From Scenedesmus sp. PABB004 (lineage: Eukaryota): a DNA stretch of 64,000 bases. The notes under the pieces were generated by a model. It had not been told where the DNA came from and searched no databases. It saw nothing but the letters and a program-made list of their open reading frames with translations. The stretch lies in NCBI GenBank assembly GCA_014905635.1, contig CM026547.1:4030001-4094000 (forward strand), in the 5' to 3' direction. The first letter of the stretch is position 1; the number at the start of each line of letters is the position of its first letter. Below, one piece after another: positions 1 to 11,557 of the stretch. The position numbers and the translations under genes were made by a program.

Positions 1-136
1 GCGAGGTTTGCGCTGCCGTGCGCGGCTGCGCGACACCACCACCCCGCTCCAGCACACCGCCGCAGGGCTGCGCCGACCGCTGCCGCCCGCCGACCCGCCG
101 CTGCCGCGAGCGCGCTGCTGCCGGCGGCCGCCGCCC

Positions 137-2303
137 ATGCTGGCGCGCCTGGGCCCCGCCCCGCTGCGCTCCCTGCGCTCCCTGCGCTCCCTTCGTGCTC
201 TGCGAGTCCAGCGCGCCGCGCCCTGCCGCGCGGCGGCCGCGGGGCCGCCGCCGCGCAGCGCTGGCGCGCCGCGCCCAGCCTGGCAGCAGTCGCTACCGCA
301 GCAGCCGCAGCCGCAGCACTGCCAGCACCGCCGTGCCGCCGCGCCTCGGCTGAGCTTCCACTCCTGCGCGCCGTCGCGCTTCGCGGCCCGGGGAGCGGCG
401 GCGGCCGGCGAGAGCGGGAGCGGCGGCGACGCGCTCAGCGTCACCGCGGTGAAGCGCCAGGTGCGGCCCGCGCAGCGGGTGCGGTGCCGCTGCGGCGCGC
501 GGCGCCTGGGCCCACCGCGGCGCGCGCCCGCCGCCGCAGTACGACGCCGCAGCGGCCCGCCTGGGCGCGGCGCTCGGCCTCGCCGACGTGCCGGCCACGC
601 GCGCGCGCCTCGCGAGCCTGCAGCACGACGCCGGCGCGCCGGACGTGTGGGACGACCCCGCGCGCGCGCAGGCGCTGGTCACTGAGATCAGCGGGCTCAA
701 GGACGAGCTCGCAGAGATTGAGCGGTGAGCTGAGCTGCGCGCCGCCGGGGCGACCCGAGCGGAGCCGCGCCGGGCCGCGCCGCGCTGCGCCGGGCCGCGC
801 CGAGCCCAGCGGCGAGCCCCCGTCCGGGCGCCGCCGCGGCCACCGCCGCGCAGGTTCAACGGGCTGCTGGAGGATGCAGCCTTTGCGCTCGAGCTGGCAG
901 AGCTGGAGGCCGGCGGCGGCGACCCGGCCGGGGCGGAGGACGGCGAGCTGGGCTCCCTGCTCGCGCAGGCGCGCGCGCCCCTGACGCAGCTCGCCGCGTC
1001 GCTGGAGCAGTGGGAGATGCGCGTGCTGCTGTCGGGGCCGTACGACCAGTCCGGCGCGCTGCTGACCATCACCGCCGGCGCAGGCGCGCACGGCGCCCGC
1101 TGCTGCTCTCCCGCGCCGCGCCGCCGCGGCTCCACGCCGCGCCGCGCCGCGCTGCCGTGCCGACCGCGCGCCGGCCGCGCGCGCCGCAGGCGGCGTCGAC
1201 GCGATGGACTGGGCGGAGATGCTGGAGCGCATGTACGTGCGCTGGGCGGCGGCGCGCGGCTACGGCTGCGCCGTGGCGGACCGCAACCCCGGGGAGGAGG
1301 CGGGCATCAAGGGCGTGGAGCTCACCATCACGGGGCGCTGGGCGTACGGCTACCTCCGCGGTGCGCGCCCGCGCCCGCCGCCGCAGCGTCCGCCGCCGCA
1401 GCGTCCGCCGCCGCTGCCGCGCGGGCGGGGGCGGCGTGTGGACCCGTCGGCGGGCGCGGGGCGAGCTAGCAGCGCGTCCGCGCGCGCAGGCGAGAAGGGC
1501 ACGCACCGCCTCGTGCGCTCGTCGCCGTTCAACGCCAAGGGCCTGCGGCAGACGAGCTTTGCGGGCGTGGAGGTGCTGCCGCTGCTGCCCGAGGGCCCCG
1601 CGGCGCTGGCCATCCCCGACCGCGACCTGGAGGTCAGCTTCATGCGCGCGGGCGGCAAGGGCGGGCAGAACGTGAACAAGGTCGAGACGGGTGAGCTCGA
1701 GGGCGCGGGGGGCGGGAGCAGCAGGGAGTGGCGGGAGTAGAGGGAGGCGAGCGGCGACAGTGGCGGGCGGGGCGCGGCGGCGCGCGCCGCGCGACGCTCG
1801 CCTGCGCCCGCCGCCGCCGCAGGCGTGCGCCTGCTGCACCTGCCGACGGGGCTCGCGGTCAAGTGCACCGAGCAGCGCACGCAGACGGCGAACCGCGCGA
1901 TCGCGCTGCAGCGCCTGACCGCGAAGCTGCTGGTCGTGATGCAGGAGCAGAGCGCCGCCGCGCTCGCCGACATCCGCGGCGACGCGGTCAAGGCGGAGTG
2001 GGGGCAGCAGATACGGTCGTATGTGCTGCACCCCTACAAGCTCGTCAAGGACGCGCGCACGGGTGAGCAACACGCGCGGCGCGGACGGGCGTGCGGGCGC
2101 GGGCGGGCAAAGGGCAAGCAAACAGCAGCAAGCGCCGGTCCAACGCCGCGCTGGCCCGACGCCGCGGCGCAGGCTGCGAGACCGCGGACGTCGCCGGCGT
2201 GCTCGACGGCGGCGGGCTGGACCCCTTCATCGCCGCGGTGCTGCGCGCGCGCGGCGCGGCGGCGCAGGAGGCGCGCCTGGCGGCGCCCGCCGGCGGCGCG
2301 TGA
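137..2303 (+). CDS. prfB: Peptide chain release factor 2, organelle (probably plastid) targeted; multi-exon
   Basis: Arg/Ala/Ser-rich N-terminus from ATG 137. Spliced exons give VWDDPARAQ, ITAGAGGVDAMDWAEMLERMY, GEKGTHRLVRSSPF (RF2 SPF motif), RAGGKGGQNVNKVET (GGQ) and WGQQIRSYVLHPYKLVKD. Introns include 461-539 (GT-AG) and 1084-1189 (GC-AG). TGA at 2301-2303. Confidence 0.93.
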
Positions 2304-2714
2304 GGCTGCCGCCACGCTGGGGGCGCGCTGTGCAACCGCCCCCCCCCCCCCCCGGCTCGGCCCCGCGCCCCGCGCTCTTCGCCGACCACCGGCCTGCGCG
2401 CCGCCCGCCGGCGCCGCCGCCGACTGCCGACGCGCGCGCTCACTCGCTCGCTCGCTCGCGCTCCGCCCGTGCCGCGCCCGCCGCCGCCGCGCGCGCGCTT
2501 CGGCCGCCGCCGCCGCCTTTGCTGCCCCCTCCCGCCCTCGCGCTGCAGCGCGCGATGGGTCGCAGGTCATCCTGCAGTTGGCTAGCCGCGGCGGCGGCGG
2601 CCGCGGCGGCGGCGGCGGCGGCGGCCGCGCCGCGCTGCCGCGGTGCCGGCAGCGCGGTTGGGGAGCGCTCGGCCAGCGCGCTCTGCACCAGCGCGACCGC
2701 GCGACCGCGCCACC

Positions 2715-2797
2715 GCCGCGGTCGCCTTGAGCTGGTTGCGGCAGGCGCACGCCATCATGCCGCGCACGGAGCGCAACCAGCTCAAGGCGACCGCGGC
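2715..2797. ncRNA. Long hairpin, candidate pre-miRNA (perfect 26-bp stem, 31-nt loop)
   Basis: 2715-2740 GCCGCGGTCGCCTTGAGCTGGTTGCG is the exact reverse complement of 2772-2797, and imperfect pairing extends outward. It lies between genes. The hairpin is seen directly; miRNA identity is inference. Confidence 0.5.
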
Positions 2798-3457
2798 AGG
2801 GGCGCACGTGCTGGGCGGCGCCGCGTGGGCGAGCGCCGAGGGTGCCGTCGCCCCCCGAACGCGGCGCCCCGCCGCTGGCGGGCAGCGCGCGCGCGGCGGC
2901 GGAGCTGGCGCGGCGAAAGGGCTGGGAGGCGCCCGCTGGCGGTGGCGGCGGGGCGGCGGGAGAGTGCGGACGGCCGGCGGTGGAGCGGGCGGCTGACGCG
3001 CGTCGCAGGCGTCGCAGCGTCAGCGGCGCGTCCGGCGCAATGCTACACCTCGCCGCTCGCGTGCGCGGGCAGTCGGTCAGTCGACACCGCCCAGCTCGCA
3101 AAACCAGCGCACGCGTCGGCACGCACGCCAGCTCACGAGTTCAGCCGCCCGCACCCGCCGCGCCGCCCCGGTCCCGCAAGCGCCGGCTTCGGCACCCTCG
3201 CCCAGCGCGCAGCACCTGGTGCGGGGCGGCGCGCGGGGCGCTCGCGCACGGCGCTCGCACGCGTCGCGCGGCGTGCTGCTCTCTGGCGCGGGCGATCCAG
3301 CGAGGGGCGCGCCGCCTGCGTGCATGCGTCGGGCTGTCGATCGCGGCGAGAGCACCGCCGAAAGCGGCGGGGCCCGCCTGGGGCTTGTGCGCACGCGCCC
3401 AAGGCGCATCGCCCACACCGTCCTGCCCCGGCCGCCTCGCGACCCCGCAGCGCCGCC

Positions 3458-4480
3458 ATGCTCTCGCCGGCGGTCAAGCTGGGCGTCGCCAAGGCGCCCG
3501 CGGTGTCGGCGCCGCGCTGCGGCGTGGTATTCGCCCCCATTCGGCCGTGCTGCCGCGTCGTCGCGCGCGGCGAGGTCTTCCCCGGTGCGCGGTGCTGCGG
3601 GACGGGGTGGCGCTGGGCGCTGCGCCCGGCCTCTGTGCGCGCCGGCACGGCCACGCCGGCCGGCGATCGCCGAGCGCCGCCGCCGCTTCTCCCGCTGCTC
3701 GCGCCGACCTGGCGCAGGCCCCGCCGAGGAGAAGGAGTCGGCGCACGAGGCCTTCCTGCACGCCTTCGAGGCCGCCAAGCCCGTCACGCTGCGCATGCCG
3801 GGCCTGCAGCAGTTTGCCGCGGCGGTGCGTCGCCGTCGGTCGTTCGCCGCGTGCCGCCGCGCCGCGCGCCGCGCCTGGCGTCGCGCTCAGCAGCGTGCGC
3901 GGCGGCCTGGATGGAGCAGGCCGAGGGCGCGCCGTGCGCAGGCGCGCGCCGCGCCCACGCCGCGCGCCGCGCCGCGCCCACGCCGCGCGCCGCGCCCCCG
4001 CCGCCGCGCAGATCTGGGAGCGCCGCCGCCGCATCCCGTCGACCACCTACAACGACCCGCTGGACCACATCTTCACCGAGTTTGACGAGGACGGCGACGG
4101 CAGCCTGACCGCGGCGGAGGTCGCGCACGCGCTGCAGTCGCGCGATGTCAAGGCCACGCCCGAGCAGGTCCAGGAGTTCATTGACGGTGCGCCGCGCCGC
4201 GGCGGGAGTGCAGGCCGCGCCCCCAGGCCAGGGCCGGGCCCAGGGCCCAGGGCCGGCCGGGCGCGGTCGGCCGGCGCCGGGCGCAGGCAGCTGCGCCGCG
4301 GCAGCAGCCGCAGCCGCGCCGGGCCCGACGCGGCCGGGCCCACGCTGCCGCGCCGCGCCGCCGCGCCGCGCAGCGATCGATGTGAACAAGAACGGCACGG
4401 TCGAGCGGTCCGAGTTTGCCGACTTTATCTTCCACATGGCCGTCGCCGACCTCAAGAGCGTGTCGAGCATGTCGGAGTGA
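3458..4480 (+). CDS. Small two-EF-hand calcium-binding protein with transit-peptide-like N-terminus; 4 exons
   Basis: Starts MLSPAVKLGVAKAPAVSAPR. EF loops DEDGDGSLTAAE and DVNKNGTVERSE sit in spliced exons. TGA ends at 4480. Confidence 0.85.
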
Positions 4481-4883
4481 GGGATGGACGCGCGCCGCCG
4501 AGGGATGGCGCAGAGGGCTGGGGTGGGGTGGGCAGCGTGGGCGCGGTGGGGCGGCGGCAGGCGGCAGCGCCTGCCCGCTGCGTGTATAGTGCCCCGCTGA
4601 CGGGGCGCGCCGGCAGTCCCGGCGAAATTTTATGCAGCCCCTGCGCGGGCGCGTCACGCTGCTACGTGCGCGGCCGCCGCGTCGGCGGTGTTTTTCCGGC
4701 GCGGAAACCCTATGCGCGGCGCGCGCTCACGACGACGACGCGGGCGTACAATGGCGGGTGTGTGCGCCCGGCGGCCGCTGCTCTGGCGGCCGGCGGATTT
4801 TGCATAGCGTACCAGTTTTACCGTGTGTGTGTGCTTTCAGCCGCTGCACTGCAGCAGCAGCAGCTGGGCTTCCGGGGGCCGCG

Positions 4884-4888
4884 TGTAA
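4884..4888 (+). terminator. TGTAA chlorophyte-type polyadenylation signal, probably of the EF-hand gene
   Basis: TGTAA about 400 nt downstream of the EF-hand stop. UGUAA is the known poly(A) signal in Chlamydomonas and relatives. Confidence 0.4.
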
Positions 4889-4904
4889 CAGGACGCCGAG
4901 ACCC

Positions 4905-5009
4905 TTACAGCGCGGCGCCCTGGCTCGCCGTCCAGTCGAGCAGCCCGTCCAGGTCGAACGCGGTCGACGAGTCGCCCGACTCGCGCGCCGCGCGGCCGCC
5001 AGAGGGGCT

Positions 5010-5042
<33 letters not shown>

Positions 5043-5463
5043 CCCGTCGCCGCCCCGCTCGCTGCCGGCTGCGATGCGCTCCGCCGGCCGCGCCGCCGCG
5101 CCGGCGCCGGCGCCCTTGGCGGCGCGCCGCGGGCCCGGCCCGCCGCCGCCGCGGCGGCCGCCCGCAGCGGCGCCCTGCAGCGCCGCAATCTCCAGCGCAA
5201 GGTCAACGTCGCCCCTGAACACGCGCCCCCCGCTGGCGCGCGCGGCCTGCGCGGCGCGCTGGTACTCGGCGGCGACGCCGGGCAGGCGCCCCGCGGCGGG
5301 GCCCTGCGGCTGCAGGCCCAGCGCGAGCCCCGCGCCGCCGCCCAGCGCGCCCGCGCCCGGCGCGCGGCCGGCCTGCGCCGCCGCCCACGCGGCGCTCGCC
5401 GCGCCGGTGCGGCCCAGCACGCCCAGCGCGAAGGCCGCGCTCACAGGGCCGGCGCCGCTCGGC

Positions 5464-5494
<31 letters not shown>

Positions 5495-8149
5495 GCGGCG
5501 GGGCGGGCGCGCCTGGCAGCGCGCCGCCGCGCGCCGCCGCCGCCGCGGCCGAGCTGCCCGCGCCGCCGCCGCCGCCAGGCGCCGGCACGCCGTCGCCGTC
5601 GCCGTCCCCCGGCTCGCCGGGCTCGCGCGCCAGCTGGCGCAGCAGGTAGGCCCGCCGCACGGTGGCAAATGCGTCTCCCGTGATGAGCCTGAGGGTGAGA
5701 GGGTGCGCGCGCGCCGCGCCGCGTGACGCGCGCGGGGCGCGCAGGCGCCGCCGCTGGCGCCGCCACCGGCCCGCCTCCCCCTCCCCGCCCGCTCCCCGCC
5801 GCGGCCCCGCCCGCCCGCCCGCCGGCCGCGGCGCGCCCCGCCCCGCGCCGCGCCACCGCGCCGCGCGCCGCACCGGTTGGCGGCGGCCATGATCGCGCGC
5901 TCGTAGCCGGTCGCGCCAAAGAGGCCGAGCAGCGTGGAGCGGAACTCGCCGAAGCGCTCGCCGCCGTAGCGCGACAGCACGCGGCCCACGATGTCCAGCA
6001 GCGGCAGGGTGTCGGCCATGAGCGCGACCAGCTCGTCCAGCAGCAGGCCAAAGAGGTCGCGCGACACGCGGCCCGCCGCCGCGGCGCCGCCGCGCGGCAG
6101 CAGGCCCGGCAGCGCGGCGAGCGGGAGCTGCCCCGCCGCGGCGGCGGCGAGCGCGGACAGCAGAGGGCCGTCCGCGCCGCGCCGCGCCGCCTCGTGGCCG
6201 TCCGGCGCGGCGCACGGCGCACCGGAGGCCCCCGGCAGGCCGCGCAGCTGGGCGACGTAAACATCCATCAGTCCAAACCACAGCTCCCGGCCGTCCGGCG
6301 CCGCGCCGGCTGCGGCGCCGGCGGCGCCGGCGCTCGCGCGCGGCGCGCGGCCCTTAGTGTTGCGCTGGCAGAACGCGAGCGCCGCCTGCTGCGCGTCCCA
6401 GGCCGCCCGCAGTTCGGGCGGCACCGCGGCGGCGGCGGCGGCGGCGCCGCCCGCGCCGGACGCGCCGAGGCCGCCCGCGGCGCCCAGGCCCCTGAGCCGC
6501 AGGCGCGGCGACAGCTCCGCCATCCACGCCTTGTGCAGGTCGACGCAGACGCAGCAGCCGCCGCCCGCCAGGCGCGCGTGCGGCAGCAGCTGCGGGCCAG
6601 GCGCGCCGCCGGCGGCGGGCGGCGCCAGGTGCGCGGTGGCCGCTGCGGCGGCGACGGGGTCCAGCTGGTGCAGCAGGCTCGCCGCCGCCGCTGCCGTCGT
6701 CTCGATGAGCACCTCGCCGAGCTCGTTGGCCTCGCCGCTCGACGCCGCGCCGCCGGCGCGTGCTTCCTGGCGCGCCGCCTCGCGCCGCAACTGCGACACG
6801 AGCGGCTCCAGGCCCCAGCAGCCTGTCGAGCCTGCGCCCTCCTCCTGCACGGCACTGCCGTCGCCGCCACCCGCCAGCGCCGCGAGCCGTGCGGCGAGCG
6901 CGGCGGGCAGCTGCAGCAGCGGCAGCCCGCCGCTTGCCAGCGCGCCCGCGAGCGCGGCGTTGCTGTCGCGCACGCTGCTGGCGTGCAGGGCCGCCGCCGC
7001 CTCAAGGTCGCCCATGCGTTCGTGCAGGAAGGCCTCAGCGTCGCGCACGCCTGCGGCGGCGCAGCGGCGCGGCGCGGCGGCGGCAGGGAGCGTGCAGGGC
7101 GCTCAGCGGCGGGGCAGCGGCTGTGCGGCGCAGCCTGCCCCCCCCCCCCGCACGCGCCGCCACCGCCGCAGCGCACCCGCCGCCGCGCAGGCCTTGATCG
7201 CCGCCGCCACGCTGTAGTTCTGGTGGCCTTGCAGGAAGGGCAGCACGCCGGCCGGCTCAAACTGAGCCAGCAGGCGGACGTAGAGGTCAGCAACCTCGCC
7301 CCGCGCCAGCAGCCGCTCCGCGCCCGCCGCGCCGGCGGCGGCGTCGGCGGCGCCCGCGGCGGGCAGCTCGGCGCCCGCCGCCTCGGCCGCCGCGGCGGCG
7401 GCCACCGACGCCGCCTGCAGCAGCACCGCCTGCTGCATCGCGGCGCGCAGGAAGGCAAACTGGAGGCGCGGCTGCGGCTCCAGGCTGGTCAGGACGGGCA
7501 CGAGCTGCTCCGGCTGGTGGCGCAGCAGCAGCGAGGCGGTCGCCGCAGCGTCGAGCGCGACCAGCGCGGCGCCCTGCGACAGCACCGCGCCGACAAACGC
7601 GGCGCGCGCGCGCGCGGCGGCGGCGCTGCCGCCGCTGCCGGTGAGGGAGCGGTCAATGTAGTCAAACACACCCTCCCCGGCAGGTGCGCTGCCCTGCGGC
7701 TGCTGGGCCTGCTGCTGCGCCGCCTGCTGCGCGAGCTGCAGGTGCGCCGCCAGCGCTGCGCCGTAGTCACCCTGCAGGTGGTGGATCGCGGCCGCCGCGC
7801 GGGGAAGCCCGCGCGCGTCGCCAGCGCGAGCGCGTCGCGCGCCTGCGCCGCGTCCAGCGCGGCGGAGTCGAACGCCGGCGCGCCCTGCAGCGCCGCGTGC
7901 TGCGCCGGCACGCCGCCGGCGCCGGGCGGGCCGCCGCGCGCCGCGCCCGGGTGGTTGACGCCGACGACCTGGACGACCGCGGTGAACTGCCGCTCCAGCG
8001 CGCGCCGCGCCGCCGGCGCCGCGCCCGCCGCCTGGGCCGCGAGGTGCCCCAGCAGGCGCAGCGCAAAGCCCGGCCGCGCGGTGACGCGGCCCGCCGCGAG
8101 CAGGGAGACGACGTAGTCCATCGCGATCACCGCCGCGCCCGGCGCCGCA

Positions 8150-8190
<41 letters not shown>

Positions 8191-10174
8191 ACTGGCGCCC
8201 GCGCCGGCCGCCGCGGCCGCCGCCTCCCAGGCCTCAAACTTGCCGGCCTCCAGCAGGGCGATGATGGCGTTGACCACCACCTGGCGCGGGCAGCGGGCGC
8301 CGCGCGTCAGGCACGCTGCCGGGCGGCGGCGCACTGAGCTGCGCGCCGCGCGCCGCCGTGCGCGCCCCACGCCGCGGTGAGCGCCCCGCCCCGGGCGCGC
8401 CTGTGTCGCGACCAGCACGCTCTCCAGCTCGCTTGCCGGCTTGCCCGCCGCGGCGCGCAGGTCCGTCTCGACCGCGTCCCAGCCGGCGGTCGCCTCGGCC
8501 AGCACCGCCACGACCGCGGCGACGTCCACGGCGAGGAGCAGCTGCAGCGCGGGGTGCGGGTCGGACAGCCCCGCTGCCGCCGCAAACGGCGCGCCCGCGC
8601 CGGCGGCGCCGCCCGGCGCCAGGGCCGCCGCCGCCGCCGCCGCGCGGCCGCCCGAGGCCGCCCACTCGGCTGCGAGGTCGGCCGTGCCCAGGAAGAGCAG
8701 GCTGCCGAGCAGCGTGGCCTTGACTCCGTCGAGCCCGCCGGGCGGGGCGCTGCGGCGCGCGGGCGGGAGGGCGTGGACGCGCAGCGCGGAGCGCGGCGGC
8801 CGCCCACCGCGCGTGCGCGCGCCGCGCCGGCGCCCCCACCTCAGCGCCGCGCCCGCCCCCGGCGGGAAGGCCAGCCCCCTGAAGCAGCAGCGCAGGTACA
8901 CGAGGGCCTTGTAGCAGTGCGCCTGCGCGTCCGCCGGCGTGCGCGCGGCCGCGACCGCCGCGAGCAGGTCGAGCAGCGGCCGGCGGTAGTCCCCGAGCGC
9001 GCGGGTGCTGATGTAGGCGAGCGCGCTGTAGAGCCCAGCGCCCTCGCACAGGCGGATGACCTGGTCCAGGTCCAGCGACGCGACGCTCAGGTGCAGCACG
9101 CAGCCCTCGACGCGCCGCGGCTGGCCGGCCGCCGCAAACTGGCTGACCAGCGCCTAACGACGACGACGACGACGCGGCGGCAGCGGCGGCGGCGGCGGCG
9201 GGCGCGGCGCGGCGGGCTCAGGGCTGCTCGTGGGCGCAGCGGGGCCGGGCGGGCGCCCTGCGGCGGGCGCCCCAGGCGGCCAGCGCCCCGCCGCACCTGC
9301 ATGACCTCCGGCGCCAGCCCCTCCAGCAGGTCGGACAGCACCGCGGCCTCGATGCACTCCAGCAGGCTGCCCAGCGCGGGGCTGGGCGCGGGCGCTGGGC
9401 CCGGGCCGCCGCCGCCGCCGCCGGCGGACGGGTGGCGCGCAAACAGCGCAAACACGCGGCTGAACAGCACGTCCGGCCGGCGCAGCAGCAGGCAGGTGCA
9501 CACGGCGACCTGCGCCGCGTCCGCCACGCCCGGCGGCGGGCCCGCTGCCGCCGCCGCGGGCGCGGCTGCTGCCTCCTGCAGCGCCGCGCCGGCTTGGCCG
9601 AGCAGCAGGCTGAGCAGCCAGGCCTCCAGCTGCTGCGGCTCCGCGCCCGCGCCCTCGCTGCGCGCAAAGCCGCTCACGCTGCCGCGGCGCGGGGCCTGCG
9701 CGCCGCCGGCGGAGCCCGCGCCGCCGGCCGGCGCGGCGCCGCGCTGCGCCTCGCCGGGCTCGCTGCGGCGCGCCCGCTGCTGCGCCGCCGCGAGCGCGTG
9801 CCAGAAGCGCAGCGCGTAGAACAGCCCCAGCCGGAACTTGCGCGCGTCCTGCAAGCGCGGCGGCGGTGGCGGCGTCAGCCGGCGCGGCGCTGGCGACGTC
9901 ACCCGGCGCCCGCCCGCGTGGCGGCCGCCGGCCGCGCCGCGCCGCGCGCCTGCAGCGTCTTGAGCCGCTCGCTCCAGGGCATGAGCCGGCCGCAGAAGAC
10001 GCCGCCGGCCTGGCCTAGGAGGTAGATGCGCTGCCCAGCGCCCACGACGGCGGGCCCGCAGTCAGCGCCCCACCCCGCGAGGCCCGGCCCGCCGGCGCCG
10101 CCGACGCCCCACTGCCGGTCCGCCGGCTGGTCCATCCACTCCACCTGCTCCTGCACATGCAGCTGCAGCGGGCA

Positions 10175-10230
<56 letters not shown>

Positions 10231-11526
10231 CGCTGCCGTCGCCGCTGGAGCCGAGCACGAGCAGCAGGCTGCTGAAGCCCTGCTGGCAGACCACCGCCAC
10301 CGCGTCCGCGTCCAGCCAGTGCAGCCCCAGGATGGGCAGCGGCTCGGTCGGGCCCAGCTGCGGCTCGGCGGCGCCGCCACCGGGCGCCCGCCCTGTGCCA
10401 GGCGCGGCCTGGCCGCCGCTCCAGGTGCCGCCGATGCTGAGGGGAAAGTGCGCCGCCACCTGAGCCGCGGCGGCTGGCGTCAGCGCCTCCAGCGTCGCCT
10501 GCATCCGCTGCGCCGGCCGGCCGGCGCTGAAGCTGCCGCCCGCGCCACGCCGCAGCTGGCCCGCCGCGGCGGCCGCCGCCGCGCCGAGCGCAGTGGAGGC
10601 GTGGCTGTCCGTGGCTGCGCGCGGCAGCAGCAGGCCGCGGTGCGTCAGGGGCGCAGGCCAGCCGGCAGGCGCCGCGCGCGTGAGTGCGAGCGCCGCTCGC
10701 GCCCACCTGCCGCCGCCAGCTCGCTCAACGGCACGTGGTCGCCCACCAGCGGCACATCAAACATGACCAGCCGACTGCCCCAGCCCAGCGCCAGCACCGC
10801 CACGGGCACGGCAAGCGCCCCCTCGCCGGCCGCGCCGCTGCCGGCCAGACCCTGAGCGCGGCGGCGCCCTTGCGCGAGTGCGGCAGCCACGCGGCGACCG
10901 GCACCGCCGCCTGCGGCCCTGGCGTGGGCTGTGGGATTGAGAAGAGCATCGTGAGGTCACTGCCGGAGGGCTTCAGCCGCGCGACGTACGCGTGGCTGGG
11001 CGTGGTGAGGCAGCACACGCCCTCGCCCACGCGCCAGGCGCCGTCCTGCGGCGTGCAGCGCGGCGGCAGCGGCCGGCGCGCCCGTGAGGGCGGGCAGGTG
11101 GGCCGAGGCAGGACGCGACGGCGCGCACGAGCTGCGTGAGCTGCGCCGCCGCGGGCGAGGAGGGCGCTTGCCCTCCTCTTCGGCAGCCCACCTCGAAGAA
11201 GGCCCGCCAGGCGGCCTCGTCCGCGCCCGGCGGCGGGCCCCTGGGGCTCAGCGGCGGCGCCGCGGCGGCGCCGCGCGGGCTCGCGGCGCCCGCGAGCGCC
11301 GCGGGGCTGGGCGGCGGCGTGGTGAAGGGCGCGAGGTGCGAGATGCCCAGCAGCGCGCCGTACTGCCCGTTGGCGAGGACGCGGGAGCTGACGCTGGTGC
11401 GCAGGAGGAGGCTGGAGAACGTGTGCGCGACCAGCCGCCCCCGCGCGTCGCCCGAGAGCAGCAGCGAGGTGCCGCGCCCGGGCGGGAACGACGCGAGCGT
11501 GAGCCGCGCGCCATGCTGGGCTGCGG

Positions 11527-11557
<31 letters not shown>

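Noticed and set aside
137..730. Bacterial-type programmed +1 frameshift in prfB
   Set aside because: There is no CTTTGA slippery site, and the frame changes are explained by spliceosomal introns.
2555..3000. Small CDS starting MGRRSSCSWLAAAA
   Set aside because: It has no recognisable domain or clear exon chain. The mirrored peptides on both strands come from the hairpin.
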